Positions 14,189 to 32,730 are shown, counted from the first letter of the stretch. The stretch: DNA of 64,000 nt from Eledone cirrhosa (GCA_964016885.1 OZ024747.1:79236001-79300000), one strand, 5' to 3'. Translations and numbers: made by a program. Notes: generated from the letters alone by a model not told the origin.

Positions 14189-14582
14189 GCGGTGCTGAGA
14201 CCGGGGAGACCACTAATCATGGGAGTACTCAATGCATGGGGAAATGCAGAGAGTAGGTATAGAAATATGTATAATCTTGACACACACACGCAAGCCAAGC
14301 GGTTTGGCTTGCGTGTGTGTGTGTGTGTGTATAAATATATATAAGTGTACACACACACACACATATATATACATATATATATATAAAATCTTTTCCTGGG
14401 TCCTGTATTTTCGTTGCTCTAGTGATGCGGATGGACTGCCGACCGCTATGTCTGATTAGCTAAGCTGTCTGAACGTAATGTTATTACTCTGGGGTCTTTC
14501 CTCATCTGAGTGCTCAAGCTACAGACCGATTATACATATACGCTAGCTTGGCCGTATTCTAAAGCTTCGTCAATGCTGTACT

Positions 14583-14649
<67 letters not shown>

Positions 14650-14804
14650 AATTGCTCAGACAACGAAGCGCTAGTAATCGTATTCAAGATCTTACGATCG
14701 TAAGCCAAATACCTTAACTACTAAACCTCGTACATACATACATATATACATACATAAATACATACATACATATATACATAAATCTATATACATGCACACA
14801 CACA

Positions 14805-14917
<113 letters not shown>

Positions 14918-15102
14918 TATATATATAGACATGCATATATACATACATAATAAAATATATATATGCATACATATATGCATATATAAATGCATGCAATCAT
15001 ATATATATATGCATATATACATACATGAATGAATAAATACGTGCATACATACATAAATAAATACATACATATATACATGCATACATACACACACACACGC
15101 AC

Positions 15103-15739
<637 letters not shown>

Positions 15740-16479
15740 TACTGGTATTGATAAATATGCTGGGTCCGTCAACTCCTTATTATATATAAATATATATATA
15801 TATACATAAACATATATATATAAACATACACCTCTTCCTTTCCTCTCCCTCTCTGTCTATATCTCTCTCTCTCTCTCTCTCTACTTTCACCCTCCCTCTG
15901 TTACACTAGACTCCCCTTCCCCCTCTTCCTACTATATAATACTGTTCTTTTATCAGTCTTTACACCTGCGCAAATAATAAGCCAGCCAGTCGATCACCAG
16001 CCTTGGCCCTGTGTCTGTCTACCCCCCCCCCCCCCCATCACAGGTAACCCCCTCTCGTCTGTAGGTATTTCATTAATGTCGATCCACACCTTCGCTGCAA
16101 ATGAATAAATAAATAAATGTAATCATCACCAGCATTATCACCATCCCAGCATTATCATTACCACCGCTATCATCATGATCATGATCATTATCATCATCAT
16201 CATCATAATCATCACCAACATCATCATCATCACGATTATCATCGCATGAAGGAGAAAAAATACACGAAAAAGAAGAAGAAGAAGAAGAAGAAGAAGAAGA
16301 AGAAACAGTTATCAACCAACAGTAGTTGTGTTGTATTGGTTGTGATGTGGACACAACATAGCTGAGGGTTTAAGAAGTTCTCAATAAGACCCCAGCTTCG
16401 ATCTCATTACATGGTATCTTCTGTGTCTTGGCTAGAGCCACCGGTCAACTCAAGACTTGTTGATGTTGATTGACCCATA

Positions 16480-16559
16480 CCCTAACCCTAACCCTAGCCC
16501 TAACCCTAATCCCAAATCCAAACCCAAACCCTAATCCCAAACCCTAATCCTAACCTTAA
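16480..16559. repeat. Degenerate interstitial (CCCTAA)n telomere-like tract
   Basis: cctaaccctaaccctagccctaaccctaatccc... Confidence 0.6.
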
Positions 16560-17385
16560 TATGTAATGGGAAATCAGGATTGCGTTAATCAAATCATTTT
16601 GATGTTGGGGGTTATAGTGGTCGTGATTTGTGGTGGAGGTGGTGATGGTGGTGGTGGTAGTAGTGGTGGTGGTTGTGGTGGAGGTGGTCGGTGGTGGTGG
16701 TGGTGGTGGTGGTTGTGGTGGTTATGGTGGTGGTGGTAGTAGTGGTGGTGGTTGTGGTGGAGGTGGTCGGTGGTGGTGGTGGTGGTGGTTGTGGTGGTGG
16801 TTGTGGTTGTGGTGGTTGTAGTGGTGGTGGTGGTAGTGGTGGCGGTAGTTGTGGTTGTGGTGGTGGCAGTTTTGGTTGTGGTGGTTGTGGTGGTTGTGGT
16901 TGTGGTGGCGGTAGTTGTGGTTGTGGTGGCGGCAGTTTTGGTTGTGGTGGTTGTGGTTGTGGTTGTGGTTGTGGTGTTGGATGTGGTGATGTTGGTAGTG
17001 GTGGTGACGGTGGTTGTGGTAGTAGTGTTGTTGGCAGTAATGGCGGAGGTAGTAGTTTTGGTGGTACCGTCAGCGAAGAAGAAGAAGACTGGCATTTACC
17101 ATAGGTCTCGTAGCACCGGAGTCTTTGACCTTTTGTGAAATACAATTGACATACCTCCCTAATAAAAAATACTGAAAATATACCCCAAATATCAAACAAA
17201 CAAAACAAAAAACAAACTTAAAAATTGTCACCTGTCGGGGTTTTACTGGCAGACGTCCACCCCACCCCATCTTGTTTTAGGGGGGGGGGGGATTTATTAA
17301 TTAACAACGAAGATATCTATCAGAGATTTGGTTCATTCTTTGATGTTTGGACGGAACTTAAACAAGACCAGAGCATACAATATAA

Positions 17386-17683
<298 letters not shown>

Positions 17684-17693
17684 CATTTATATA

Positions 17694-17843
<150 letters not shown>

Positions 17844-17873
17844 AACATATATATATGTGTATATATATGTGTG

Positions 17874-18053
<180 letters not shown>

Positions 18054-18061
18054 CATTTATA

Positions 18062-18209
<148 letters not shown>

Positions 18210-18269
18210 AACATATATATATGTGTATATATATGTGTGTGTGTGTGTGTCTATATATATATATATAAT

Positions 18270-18302
<33 letters not shown>

Positions 18303-18934
18303 ATATGTGTGTGTGTATATATGTATGTGTATATATATATATATACTAATATATATATGTGTGTGTATGTATATATGTAGATGTATATGTATATGTATAT
18401 ATACGTGTGCGTGTGTTTGTGTATGCGTGTATTATGTATGTACATACACATATACGACTGAATGACACCTGACTATGTAACTTGAAAGTGTGGCAACATT
18501 AGAATGACGAGGTGGGTGAGTGTGTGGGGTGGAGGAGGGGGTGGAGGTGAGGGTGGAGGTGAGAGGTGGAGGTGTCGGTCACAAAAAGAGGGGTTTGGCC
18601 CCCAAAAAAGAAACTACATTAGATATGAATGGAGTTTTGAAAGGTTCTTTAATGGCAAAAGATCGGGTATTCATTTGAGAAAGACTTGTATAATTGTGTG
18701 TCCTTGTATGTTTATTTACTAAAATGTGTGCATAAAGGTGCGTGGCTTAGCGGTTAAGGTGTTCGGTTCACAACCTTGTGGCCGTGTGTTCAATTCCCAG
18801 CGGTGCGTTATGTCTTCGTGCAAAACAATTTATTGTTGTGACGACACTGGTACCAAGCTTTATCGGCCGTTGTAGACCCTTGGGACAGCATCCTATATAA
18901 TCTATATAGTGTATATATATATAGTATATATATA

Positions 18935-18965
<31 letters not shown>

Positions 18966-19270
18966 CGAATTTATTTTAGACTTGAAAGAGTTCAGGTTCA
19001 AAGAATACAATGGGATGGAAGAGAATTCCAAAGTCTGACAGTTTGAGGAGAAACGCTACAACTGTAGAAAGACTTCATTATTCGTGGAACCACAACAGCA
19101 ACTCGCCTAACTGAAACCTCACAGTTTGAGTTAGGCGAGATGGCATGAAGTGATCTGGAACCAAAAGAGAAAGTTCCATGGGATTTGGACATGTTGCTCC
19201 TTCACATTGGGATAACGAACATTTTTTCAGTGCTTTGATGGATTCAATCCTTGATGCAGTGAAATATATT
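18966..19270 (-). mobile_element. LINE 3'-end remnant (CR1/Jockey-like)
   Basis: Translates to ...SPQTVRLWNSLP...LNSFKSKIN, a typical LINE ORF2 C-terminus. Confidence 0.55.
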
Positions 19271-19532
19271 TGACAGGCGGTTGATAATCGTTACTGATAA
19301 AATGTTTTACAATATATATACATACACATAGTATATGCCTTCTTATACACCCCTATTATGAACCACACTATGTTAGTCCTATTGTTAATTAATCCTAGGC
19401 AGTCAAGTTTGCACTATATGCAAATGAGCATCTCCAACTAATGTTTTATTTGTACTATATGCAAATGAGAAGCTGTAGCAGAAAAATGCATACATATGAT
19501 AATCTTTTGTTCTTGTCTCTGTACTGAGTGGG

Positions 19533-19575
19533 TGTCGCTGATGACGGATACAAATCCAAAAATACGTGTCTGACA
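19533..19575 (+). ncRNA. Degenerate type I hammerhead (G12->A)
   Basis: tgtcg CUGAUGA cggat acaa atcca AAAA tacgtg UC| tgaca. Confidence 0.5.
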
Positions 19576-19631
19576 TTCTCATACTGCTACTGAGAAGATG
19601 TGACATGATCACAGCTTAAAATATCCATAGC

Positions 19632-19690
<59 letters not shown>

Positions 19691-19710
19691 ACACACATAT
19701 ATATCTAACT

Positions 19711-19906
19711 AAGGAAGTGTGGTAAGGAACCAGGTGGACCATAACGCACCAGAGTACTCGATATTTAGAGTAGTAGAGTGGGTAATAGGAAAAGAATCAG
19801 GACCCCGACGGCTGAGCTCCGGCCGTTTCGACAGCTATTTCTGAAAGTTCAGAAATAGCTGTCGAAACGGCGGGAGTTCAGCCGTCGGGGTCCTGACTCT
19901 TTTCCT
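19711..19906. mobile_element. Family B foldback element carrying the 3' half of a hammerhead
   Basis: Palindrome 19787-19906. Relatives at 41194-41398 and 54186-54374; tail-only copies at 38670-38737 and 54824-54908. Confidence 0.7.
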
Positions 19907-20062
19907 GAAGATCCCGTTAAGGGTGAAAGCAGCGATTCTTTCCTTAAACTTTAATCTCTTATTTTAATAAATATTTGCTTTAGGGTTCTTATATATTTGA
20001 TTTATATATTTATCCTTATCGAGCCCTCTTTGGATTTTACTCTTCATATTTATTATTATTAA

Positions 20063-20109
<47 letters not shown>

Positions 20110-20197
20110 GGAAAAATTTGAACAGGGACAAAACAGAGAGGCAGTACAACAAATGTTTATTAATTTCACGCTCTGGAGAGTGGGGTGTTGGTGGGGG

Positions 20198-20229
20198 ACG
20201 ACGTTTCGGGCATAAGCCCTTCCTCAGGT
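20198..20229 (-). ncRNA. Minimal hammerhead ribozyme motif in the element's 3' terminal repeat
   Basis: ac CUGAGGA A GGGC uuau GCCC GAAA CG UC| gu. Intact core, weak stem I. Confidence 0.65.
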
Positions 20230-21732
20230 GGGAAGTGTGTGGGAACAGTGTTCAAAGGGTGTGTAGGGGAGTGGTGGAGAGACATATAGCGAAAGGAAAC
20301 GGTGCGAATGAAAAAATAAAAAATAAAGATAAAAATAAAAATAAAGCATGATCAAAATACAAGGAATGAGATAAATTTAAAAATAAAGGCATGATCAAAA
20401 TAAACTGAAATTAAAAGGGGTTAAACAGGTGGTGGAAGGGTGTGGGGTGTGTAGGGGTGGTGGCGGGTGGAGTGGGGAGAGGGAGACGGGTTGTCCGAGT
20501 GGGGAGGGCTGAAGGTGGTGTGTGTGTGTAGGTGTGCGCGCGTGTGTGTGTGTGTGTATGTGAAAGTAAGGGTTGGGGGAAGAACGGGGTTGCATGTTCA
20601 GGAAGAGGTGTGTGTGTGTGGGGGGGGGTCGGAGTGTCTGTGCGTGTGTGGATAGAGGGGTGGGGGGAGAGGAATCAGGAGGCTGAGGGTGTAGATATGT
20701 GGTGGAAAGCACGTGTGTGTGGGGTTTAAGCGTGTTGTGGGTGTAGGTGGCGTGTGGAGAAAAAAATTTTTTTTTGGGTGTGTGTGTGGGTGAGTTATAT
20801 AGGTGATTACGGAAGAGGATGGTTGAAAAGTTGGTAAATTCCGAAGATGTTTAGTGGATTGGTTGTAGGTGAATTTCTGCGTGTGGGTAATCCATGAAGC
20901 GATGGTCGGAAGAGGAGAGATGTGGGGTGCGCGCGCAACAGGAAGTGGTCAGCAGTGGGAGTGCTGTGGTCTGTTTGTGCTGGGAGGTGGTCAGAGGGCA
21001 TAGCAGCAGTCGGTGGAATGGTAAAGGGGCGAGGATGGGTAGGCGTGAAAGTTGGAGTGAGGAGGGTGTGTGTGTGTGTATTAGTAGGGGTGTTAGTGGG
21101 ATGAGTGAGTGTGGAGCGAGGGTGTGGGTGGAGCGGGGAGAGAAGGGTGTGTGTGGTTCTATGGAGGGAGTGTGGTGTACTGGTGTGTGTGTAGTTTGAT
21201 GAGGTGTTAGTGGGTGTTAGTATACAGGAGGTGGGGAGGGGTTGAATGCAGGTGTGAGTGGGGGTTAGTGGTGGTAGGGTGTGTAGAGTTGGTGGTGTAC
21301 GAGGGTGTGTGGGTACGTGTGCGTGGGGTTGGGGGGGGGTGTTGTTAGTGATGTTAGTTGCGTGTGGGGTGGGTGGTGTAAGTGGGTGCGTGTGTTCGTG
21401 TGCTTGGGGTTAGGGGGTGTTAGTGAGGTTAGTTGCGGGGTGGTGGGATGGAGGTGTGGGGGTGAGAGGTGTGGGGGTGAGGGTTAGTGGTGGTAGTAGG
21501 GTGTGTGTTTAGTGTGAGCGCGTGTATATATGTGCCGGTGGGTGTGTGCGTGTGATAAGGAGGGGGGAGGAGGAGAAGAGGGGAGGGATGGGATGTTAGT
21601 ATGTTAGTTGGGGAAGGGTGGTCAGATGAGGGGTGGAGTGGAGGTGTTAGTATTGTTAGTTGTGGGGTGGGCGGTGAAAAGGAGGGGTGTGTTAGTGGGG
21701 GATAAGTGTGGGGGGAGGGGGGCGATCGAAGG

Positions 21733-22273
21733 CTAAAGGAATAAGGGTTGGGAGTTCAGGCCGGGGGGAGTGTGGGTCTGTAAGATGAAGATAGTTCGTT
21801 GTTCGACCGTAAGGCGATTGGCGGGGGTTCCGTGGCACTGGAGTAGGCCACAGACTGTGAGATGGCGTGCGGAATGTCCAGGGCCACCAAAGTGGCGGGC
21901 GATGGGGGAACTGCCCCCGAGACGAATATCCCGGAGGTGCTCCGTGACTCGGTCCGCCAGGCGACGTCCCGTCTGTCCGACATAAGTCCGTAGACTAGGT
22001 TGGAGGAGGTGCAGCGGAAGGCATGCCGGACCGAGAGAGAGTGGCCGTTGGGACCCTGGAAGGTGGTGGTGTTGGTGATGTGGGGACAGGTGTTGCAGCG
22101 GGGCCTAGAACAGGGAAAGGAACCGGGGTGGGGGGGGGGGGGAACAGAGCGTGGGTTGGGGGTAGGGAGCTGTGGACGAGGAGGGTGCGGAGATTGCGTG
22201 CGCGTTTGAAGGAGGGGAGTGGTGGGGTTGGGAAGATGTGGGAGGTGGAGGGGTCGGACTGGAGGCGTCGGAA
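21733..22273 (-). pseudogene. Penelope-like ORF C-terminus: Cys-rich linker plus GIY-YIG endonuclease, frameshifted near 21985
   Basis: IFPTPPLPSFKRARNLRTLLVHS...PGSFPCSRPRCNTCPHI...FRCTSSNLVYG//YVGQTGRRLADRVTEHLRDI...PIARHF...EQRTIFILQTHTPPGLN*. Confidence 0.85.
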
Positions 22274-22745
22274 TATATATATATATATAGATGAAAATTT
22301 TAGTAAGTTGATTTTTAATTTTTAAAATTTTCTTATTTTACGTCTTTCATATAATTGTTCTGCACCCCCCCCCCCTGCATTGAACCACATCGGTACTAAG
22401 ACATAACTTATATATTTGCTAGCATGAGTGTACATCTGTACACATATGTTGGTAGATGTACTAATTATCTATATTTATCTCCAAATTATTTGTTGAGCAA
22501 ACTTGCCAAAATTTACTGCTGTTTCATGGTAGTAGTAGGCTCTTGTCATAATACCACCCCGCTCCTAACTGATTAACCTCGGTGTCACGTGATTGATTCT
22601 TTAGAATCTGCCACTGACCAGAGGCAGTGAAATTTTTTCAGTGCTCCGAATTTAGTCCTCGCTAGCTTTATTTCATCCACTGAATTATTATTTTTATATG
22701 GGTTCCTAGTGTCCGCGCATTGCCTGGGAACTTAGCTGAGAATAG

Positions 22746-22827
22746 ACTCCCTGATGACGTAATGAATTCTCTATAGTTATATTATGTAACTATATTTATC
22801 CCATTACAGAAACTAATTAGTTGGAGT
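22746..22827 (+). ncRNA. Type I hammerhead with extended stem II, inside a partial tandem repeat
   Basis: actcc CUGAUGA cgtaatg...cattaca GAAA ctaattag UU| ggagt. Direct repeats at 22292-22466 and 22827-23000. Confidence 0.7.
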
Positions 22828-22999
22828 GAAAATTTTAGTAAGTAAGTTGATTTTTAATTTTTAAAATTTTCTTATTTTACGTCTTTCATATAATTGTTCT
22901 GCACCCCCCTGCATTGAACCACATCGGTACTAAGACATAACTTATATATTTGCTAGCATGAGTGTACATCTGTATACATATGTTGGTAGATGTACTAAT

Positions 23000-23058
<59 letters not shown>

Positions 23059-23060
<2 letters not shown>

Positions 23061-23545
23061 TAAAATAAATAACTCAAATATTTAAAATTTGGCTTCGTTT
23101 ATTACTGCTATATATATTTCGGTGACAGCCATCTTTGGCTGTGACCTCTTCAGGCAGTCCGAATTAGTGTGGTAGAGACGAGTACACATGTTGTTGAGGT
23201 GTTTAACTTTGTCAATACTCTGATATGCCCAGTTCCTGGTTGGGTTGTTATTTCACTGAGGAACTGGGCATATCAGAGTATTGACAAAGTTAAACACCTC
23301 AACAACATGTGTACTCGTCTCTACCACACTAATTCGGACTGCCTGAAGAGGTCACAGCCAAAGATGGCTGTCACCGAAATATATATAGCAGTAATAAACG
23401 AAGCCAAATTTTAAATATTTGACTTATTTATTTTAGTTTATTTTACATTTCTCCGGAGTAACCAAACCAACCTGCGCACTTCGTCGAGTGCTCCAATCTG
23501 CATACTGAGTTGTTGGTATACAACCAACATATACTCAAAATTTAT
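23059..23545. mobile_element. Palindromic Penelope-like element with two inverted hammerheads and a tail
   Basis: Arms 23059-23237 / 23259-23437 with one mismatch and a 21-nt spacer. (TA)n flanks. Confidence 0.8.
23338..23392 (+). ncRNA. Type I hammerhead ribozyme (mirror copy on minus strand at 23104-23158)
   Basis: actgc CUGAAGA ggtcacagcca aaga tggctgtcacc GAAA tatata UA| gcagt. All core positions canonical. Confidence 0.88.
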
Positions 23546-23765
23546 ATATATATATAAATTAATAAAAACAATGAATAAAAACAAAGAACAAGTTCCTTAT
23601 ATTAAAAAATTCATCATTTTACGATCGTTTCTAGGATATATATGTGTGTTGGTATGTATATCATATAGATCTATGTAAAAATATTACAAACTATCAGAGG
23701 AAATATACATACCTTCACATATATATGCTGTCACATATATATACCTTCACATATATATGCTGTCT

Positions 23766-23895
23766 TCATTTCTGAAGACAGCATATATATGTGAAGGTAT
23801 GTATATTTCCTCTGATAATTTGTAATATTTTTACATAGATCTATATGATATACATACCAACACACATATATATCCTAGAAACGATCGTAAAATGA
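23766..23895 (+). ncRNA. Type I hammerhead with ~100-nt stem II, in palindrome 23554-23954
   Basis: tcattt CUGAAGA cagcatatatatgtg..ggtatgtatat...atatacatacc..cacatatatatccta GAAA cgatcg UA| aaatga. Confidence 0.7.
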
Positions 23896-24077
23896 TGAAT
23901 TTTTTAATATAAGGAACTTGTTCTTTGTTTTATTCATTGTTTTTATTAATTTATCTTGACTATGTTTTTCCTATGATTTTCATCGAACATTTTTGAATGC
24001 ATCTTCTCTTTTCATGATATTTGGATTACATTGAGTTCTTCATACGGATTGAACACTACCGTATATTTTGGTATATT

Positions 24078-24157
<80 letters not shown>

Positions 24158-24473
24158 CATATATATGTACGTATGTATATATATTCACATATATACTTAT
24201 ATATTATGATGTCAACTCTGAATCCAGTTCATTATCCGACCTCCCACAGGCCGGCCTATATAATCATGTAGTTTCCCCCCTCTTTCCACCTCCTTACCCT
24301 ACTACTCCCCACTAATAGACTGTTGTACAAACATATTACCAGCATCCCTTGTTGACACAGTGCAACGCTGAAAAGCAGTTTGCTGAAGGGAAACTGTTGG
24401 TTGTTAGTCAAACTAGCGTGGCGTTTCTTAAATGACTCCCTACCTCTCTACCTGCCCACCTGCCTGCCTACCT

Positions 24474-27905
<3,432 letters not shown>

Positions 27906-28000
27906 GGCAGAGTCGTTAAAACATCGCAAGGTATTCCTGCCTGTTCCCTGGGTTCAAATCCTACCGAGCTCAACTTTGATTTTCATACTTTTTAATATTA

Positions 28001-31000
28001 GTCGTAGGATCTAAAATCTATTAGCAACCATGGAGATATCCGATGAAGCTTTGCTATACTACAACTAGTAAACATCTAGTAAACATAAATATTGTAGTAT
28101 TGTATGTAGTAAACATATATAAATATTGTAGTATTGTATGTAGTAAACATATATAAATATTGTAGTATTGTATGTAGTAAACATATATAAATATTGTAGT
28201 ATTGTATGTAGTAAACATATATAAATATTGTTGTATTGTATGTAGTAAACATATATAAATATTGTAGTATTGTATGTAGTAAACATATATAAATATTGTT
28301 GTATTGTATGTAGTAAACATATATAAATATTGTTGTATTGTATGTAGTAAACATATATAAATATTGTAGTATTGTATGTAGTAAAATCTATAAATATTGT
28401 AGTATTGTATGCAGTAAACATATATAAATATTGTTGTATTGTATGTAGTAAAATCTATAAATATTGTAGTATTGTATGTAGTAAAATCTATAAATATTGT
28501 AGTGTTGTATGTAGTAAAATCTATAAATATTGTAGTATTGTATGTAGTAAACATATATAAATATTGTAGTATTGTATGTAGTAAAATCTATAAATATTGT
28601 AGTATTGTATGTAGTAAAATCTATAAATATTGTAGTATTGTATGCAGTAAACATATATAAATATTGTTGTATTGTATGTAGTAAAATCTATAAATATTGT
28701 AGTATTGTATGCAGTAAACATATATAAATATTGTTGTATTGTATGTAGTAAAATCTATAAATATTGTAGTATTGTATGCAGTAAACATATATAAATATTG
28801 TAGTATTGTATGTAGTAAAATCTATAAATATTGTAGTATTGTATGTAGTAAAATCTATAAATATTGTAGTGTTGTATGTAGTAAAATCTATAAATATTGT
28901 AGTATTGTATGTAGTAAACATATATAAATATTGTAGTATTGTATGTAGTAAAATCTATAAATATTGTAGTATTGTATGTAGTAAAATCTATAAATATTGT
29001 AGTGTTGTATGTAGTAAAATCTATAAATATTGTAGTATTGTATGCAGTAAACATATATAAATATTGTTGTATTGTATGTAGTAAAATCTATAAATATTGT
29101 AGTATTGTATGCAGTAAACATATATAAATATTGTTGTATTGTATGTAGTAAAATCTATAAATATTGTAGTATTGTATGCAGTAAACATATATAAATATTG
29201 TAGTATTGTATGTAGTAAAATCTATAAATATTGTTGTATTGTATGCAGTAAACATATATAAATATTGTTGTATTGTATGTAGTAAACATATATAAATATT
29301 GTTGTATTGTATGTAGTAAACATATATAAATATTGTTGTATTGTATGTAGTAAACATATATAAATATTGTAGTATTGTATGCAGTAAACATATATAAATA
29401 TTGTTGTATTGTATGTAGTAAACATATATAAATATTGTTGTATTGTATGTAGTAAAATCTATAAATATTGTAGTATTGTATGCAGTAAACATATATAAAT
29501 ATTGTTGTATTGTATGTAGTAAAATCTATAAATATTGTTGTATCGTATGCAGTAAACATATATAAATATTGTAGTGTTGTATGCAGTAAACATATATAAA
29601 TATTGTAGTGTTGTATGTAGTAAAATCTATAAATATTGTTGTATTGTATGCAGTAAACATATATAAATATTGTTGTATTGTATGCAGTAAACATATATAA
29701 ATATTGTTGTATTGTATGCAGTAAACATATATAAATATTGTAGTATTGTATGCAGTAAACATATATAAATATTGTAGTATTGTATGCAGTAAACATATAT
29801 AAATATTGTTGTATTGTATGTAGTAAAATCTATAAATATTGTAGTATTGTATGCAGTAAACATATATAAATATTGTTGTATTGTATGCAGTAAACATATA
29901 TAAATATTGTTGTATTGTATGCAGTAAACATATATAAATATTGTAGTATTGTATGCAGTAAACATATATAAATATTGTTGTATTGTATGCAGTAAACATA
30001 TATAAATATTGTTGTATTGTATGCAGTAAACATATATAAATATTGTTGTATTGTATGCAGTAAACATATATAAATATTGTAGTATTGTATGTAGTAAAAT
30101 CTATAAATATTGTAGTATTGTATGCAGTAAACATATATAAATATTGTTGTATTGTATGCAGTAAACATATATAAATATTGTAGTATTGTATGTAGTAAAA
30201 TCTATAAATATTGTAGTATTGTATGCAGTAAACATCTATAAATATTGTTGTATTGTATGCAGTAAACATATATAAATATTGTTGTATTGTATGCAGTAAA
30301 CATATATAAATATTGTAGTATTGTATGTAGTAAAATCTATAAATATTGTAGTATTGTATGCAGTAAACATATATAAATATTGTTGTATTGTATGCAGTAA
30401 ACATATATAAATATTGTTGTATTGTATGTAGTAAAATCTATAAATATTGTTGTATTGTATGTAGTAAACATATATAAATATTGTTGTATTGTATGTAGTA
30501 AAATCTATAAATATTGTTGTATTGTATGCAGTAAACATATATAAATATTGTAGTATTGTATGTAGTAAAATCTATAAATATTGTAGTATTGTATGCAGTA
30601 AACATATATAAATATTGTAGTATTGTATGTAGTAAAATCTATAAATATTGTAGTATTGTATGCAGTAAACATATATAAATATTGTTGTATTGTATGCAGT
30701 AAACATATATAAATATTGTTGTCTTGTATGTAGTAAAATCTATAAATATTGTTGTATTGTATGTAGTAAACATATATAAATATTGTTGTATTGTATGTAG
30801 TAAAATCTATAAATATTGTTGTATTGTATGCAGTAAACATATATAAATATTGTTGTATTGTATGTAGTAAAATCTATAAATATTGTTGTATTGTATGCAG
30901 TAAACATATATAAATATTGTAGTATTGTATGTAGTAAAATCTATAAATATTGTTGTATTGTATGCAGTAAACATATATAAATATTGTAGTATTGTATGTA

Positions 31001-32113
31001 GTAAAATCTATAAATATTGTAGTATTGTATGCAGTAAACATATATAAATATTGTAGTATTGTATGTAGTAAAATCTATAAATATTGTTGTATTGTATGTA
31101 GTAAAATCTATAAATACTGTAGTATTGTATGCAGTAAACATATATAAATATTGTTGTATTGTTTGCAGTAAACATATATAAATATTGTTGTATTGTATGC
31201 AGTAAACATGTATAAATATTGTTGTATTGTATGCAGTAAACATATATAAATACTGTAGTGTTGTATGTAGTAAACATATATAAATATTGTTGTATTGTAT
31301 GCAGTAAACATATATAAATATTGTTGTATTGTATGCAGTAAACATATATAAATATTGTTGTATTGTATGCAGTAAACATATATAAATATTGTTGTATTGT
31401 ATGCAGTAAACATATATAAATATTGTAGTGTTGTATGCAGTAAACATCTATAAATATTGTTGTATTGTATGTAGTAAACATCTATAAATATTGTAGTATT
31501 GTATGCAGTAAACATCTATAAATATTGTTGTATTGTATGCAGTAAACATCTATAAATATTGTAGTGTTGTTTGTAGTAAACATATATAAATATTGTTGTA
31601 TTGTATGCAGTAAACATCTATAAATATTGTAGTGTTGTTTGTAGTAAACATATATAAATATTGTTGTATTGTATGCAATAAACATATATAAATATTGTAG
31701 TATTGTATGCAGTAAACATATATAAACACTGTAGTGTTGTATGCAGTAAACATATATAAATATTGTAGTGTTGTTTGTAGTAAAATCTATAAATATTGTT
31801 GTATTGTATGCAGTAAACATATATAAATATTGTAGTATTGTATGTAGTAAAATCTATAAATATTGTAGTGTTTTTATGCAGGTAACATATATAAATATTG
31901 TAGTATTGCATGTAGTAAAATCTATAAATATTGTAGCATTGTATGTAGTAATATCTATAAATATTGTAGTATTGTATGTAGTAAAAATCTATAAATATTG
32001 TAGTATTTGTGTGTAGGAAACAACACTACATTATTTATAGATGTTTACTGGTTGTAGTATGGCAAAACTATCGGATATCTCCCTGTTTGCTGGTAGATTT
32101 GAGATCCTACGAC
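28001..32113. mobile_element. TIR (foldback/MITE-like) element containing a satellite array
   Basis: ~78-bp imperfect TIRs gtcgtaggatct...agtaaacatcta at 28001-28078 and 32038-32113, flanked by TA. Confidence 0.8.
28078..32010. repeat. 33/34-bp satellite array, roughly 115 units
   Basis: aaatattgtWgtattgtatgYagtaaa(catatat|atctat) repeated head to tail. Confidence 0.95.
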
Positions 32114-32129
32114 TACGATATCTAATGAT

Positions 32130-32730
32130 ATCAATTTAGGCGCAAGGCGAACAATCTATAGGGAGGGAAAGTCGACTACATCTACCAAAGTACATAACTG
32201 GTACTTTGTTTTATTGATCCCGGGAGGTTGATCTCGGCAGGATTTGAACTTAAACTGTAAAGAACCCGAACAAATACCGCAATTACATTTCATCTGACGC
32301 TCTGCTAATTCTGCCAATCCACAAGGCCAGCAATTTGAAGGGGAGAGGAAGTCGATTAAATCGACCTCAGTGCATTACTGGTGCTTTATTTTATCGACCT
32401 CGTATGGATGAAAGGCAAAGCTAACCCTTGGCGGAATTTGAACACAGAACGTGAAGGACCGTAACTCTATGCCACGAAGCATAGTGTCCGACTCTCTACC
32501 GATACTGCCAATGCACAACCTTTGTGGTTGTAATAATAATAATAATAATTGTTTCTACTTTAGGCACAAGGCCAGCAATTACCCAGTACATTACTGGTTC
32601 TTTATTTTATCGACCCCGTAAGGATGAAAGGCAAAGTAAATCTCGACAGGATTTGAACTCAGACTGTAAAGGGATGTAACTATGGTAGAAAGCATGGTGT
32701 CTGACGCTCTACCGATTCTGCCAATCTACC
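32130..32730 (-). mobile_element. Cluster of three Nin/Deu-like tRNA-SINE copies
   Basis: Reverse complements of the 11721 SINE (caaggccagcaat...ttatcgacc...ggatgaaaggcaaag...atttgaac). Confidence 0.75.

Larger units (their letters stand above)
20106..22273 (-). mobile_element. 5'-truncated Penelope-like retroelement (Neptune-type)
   Basis: GIY-YIG remnant at 21733-22273, long 3' region, hammerhead at 20198-20229, then AATAAA. (TA)n at both ends. Confidence 0.8.

Noticed and set aside
16589-17208. Pro/Thr/Gly-rich ORFs
   Set aside because: (GGT)n/(GTT)n microsatellite.
18737-18830. tRNA-like sequence
   Set aside because: No complete cloverleaf; it continues into a SINE body and recurs elsewhere, so it is treated as a SINE head.
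28054-32016. Many repetitive ORFs and a CRISPR-like periodicity
   Set aside because: Head-to-tail satellite with no unique spacers, in a eukaryotic context.
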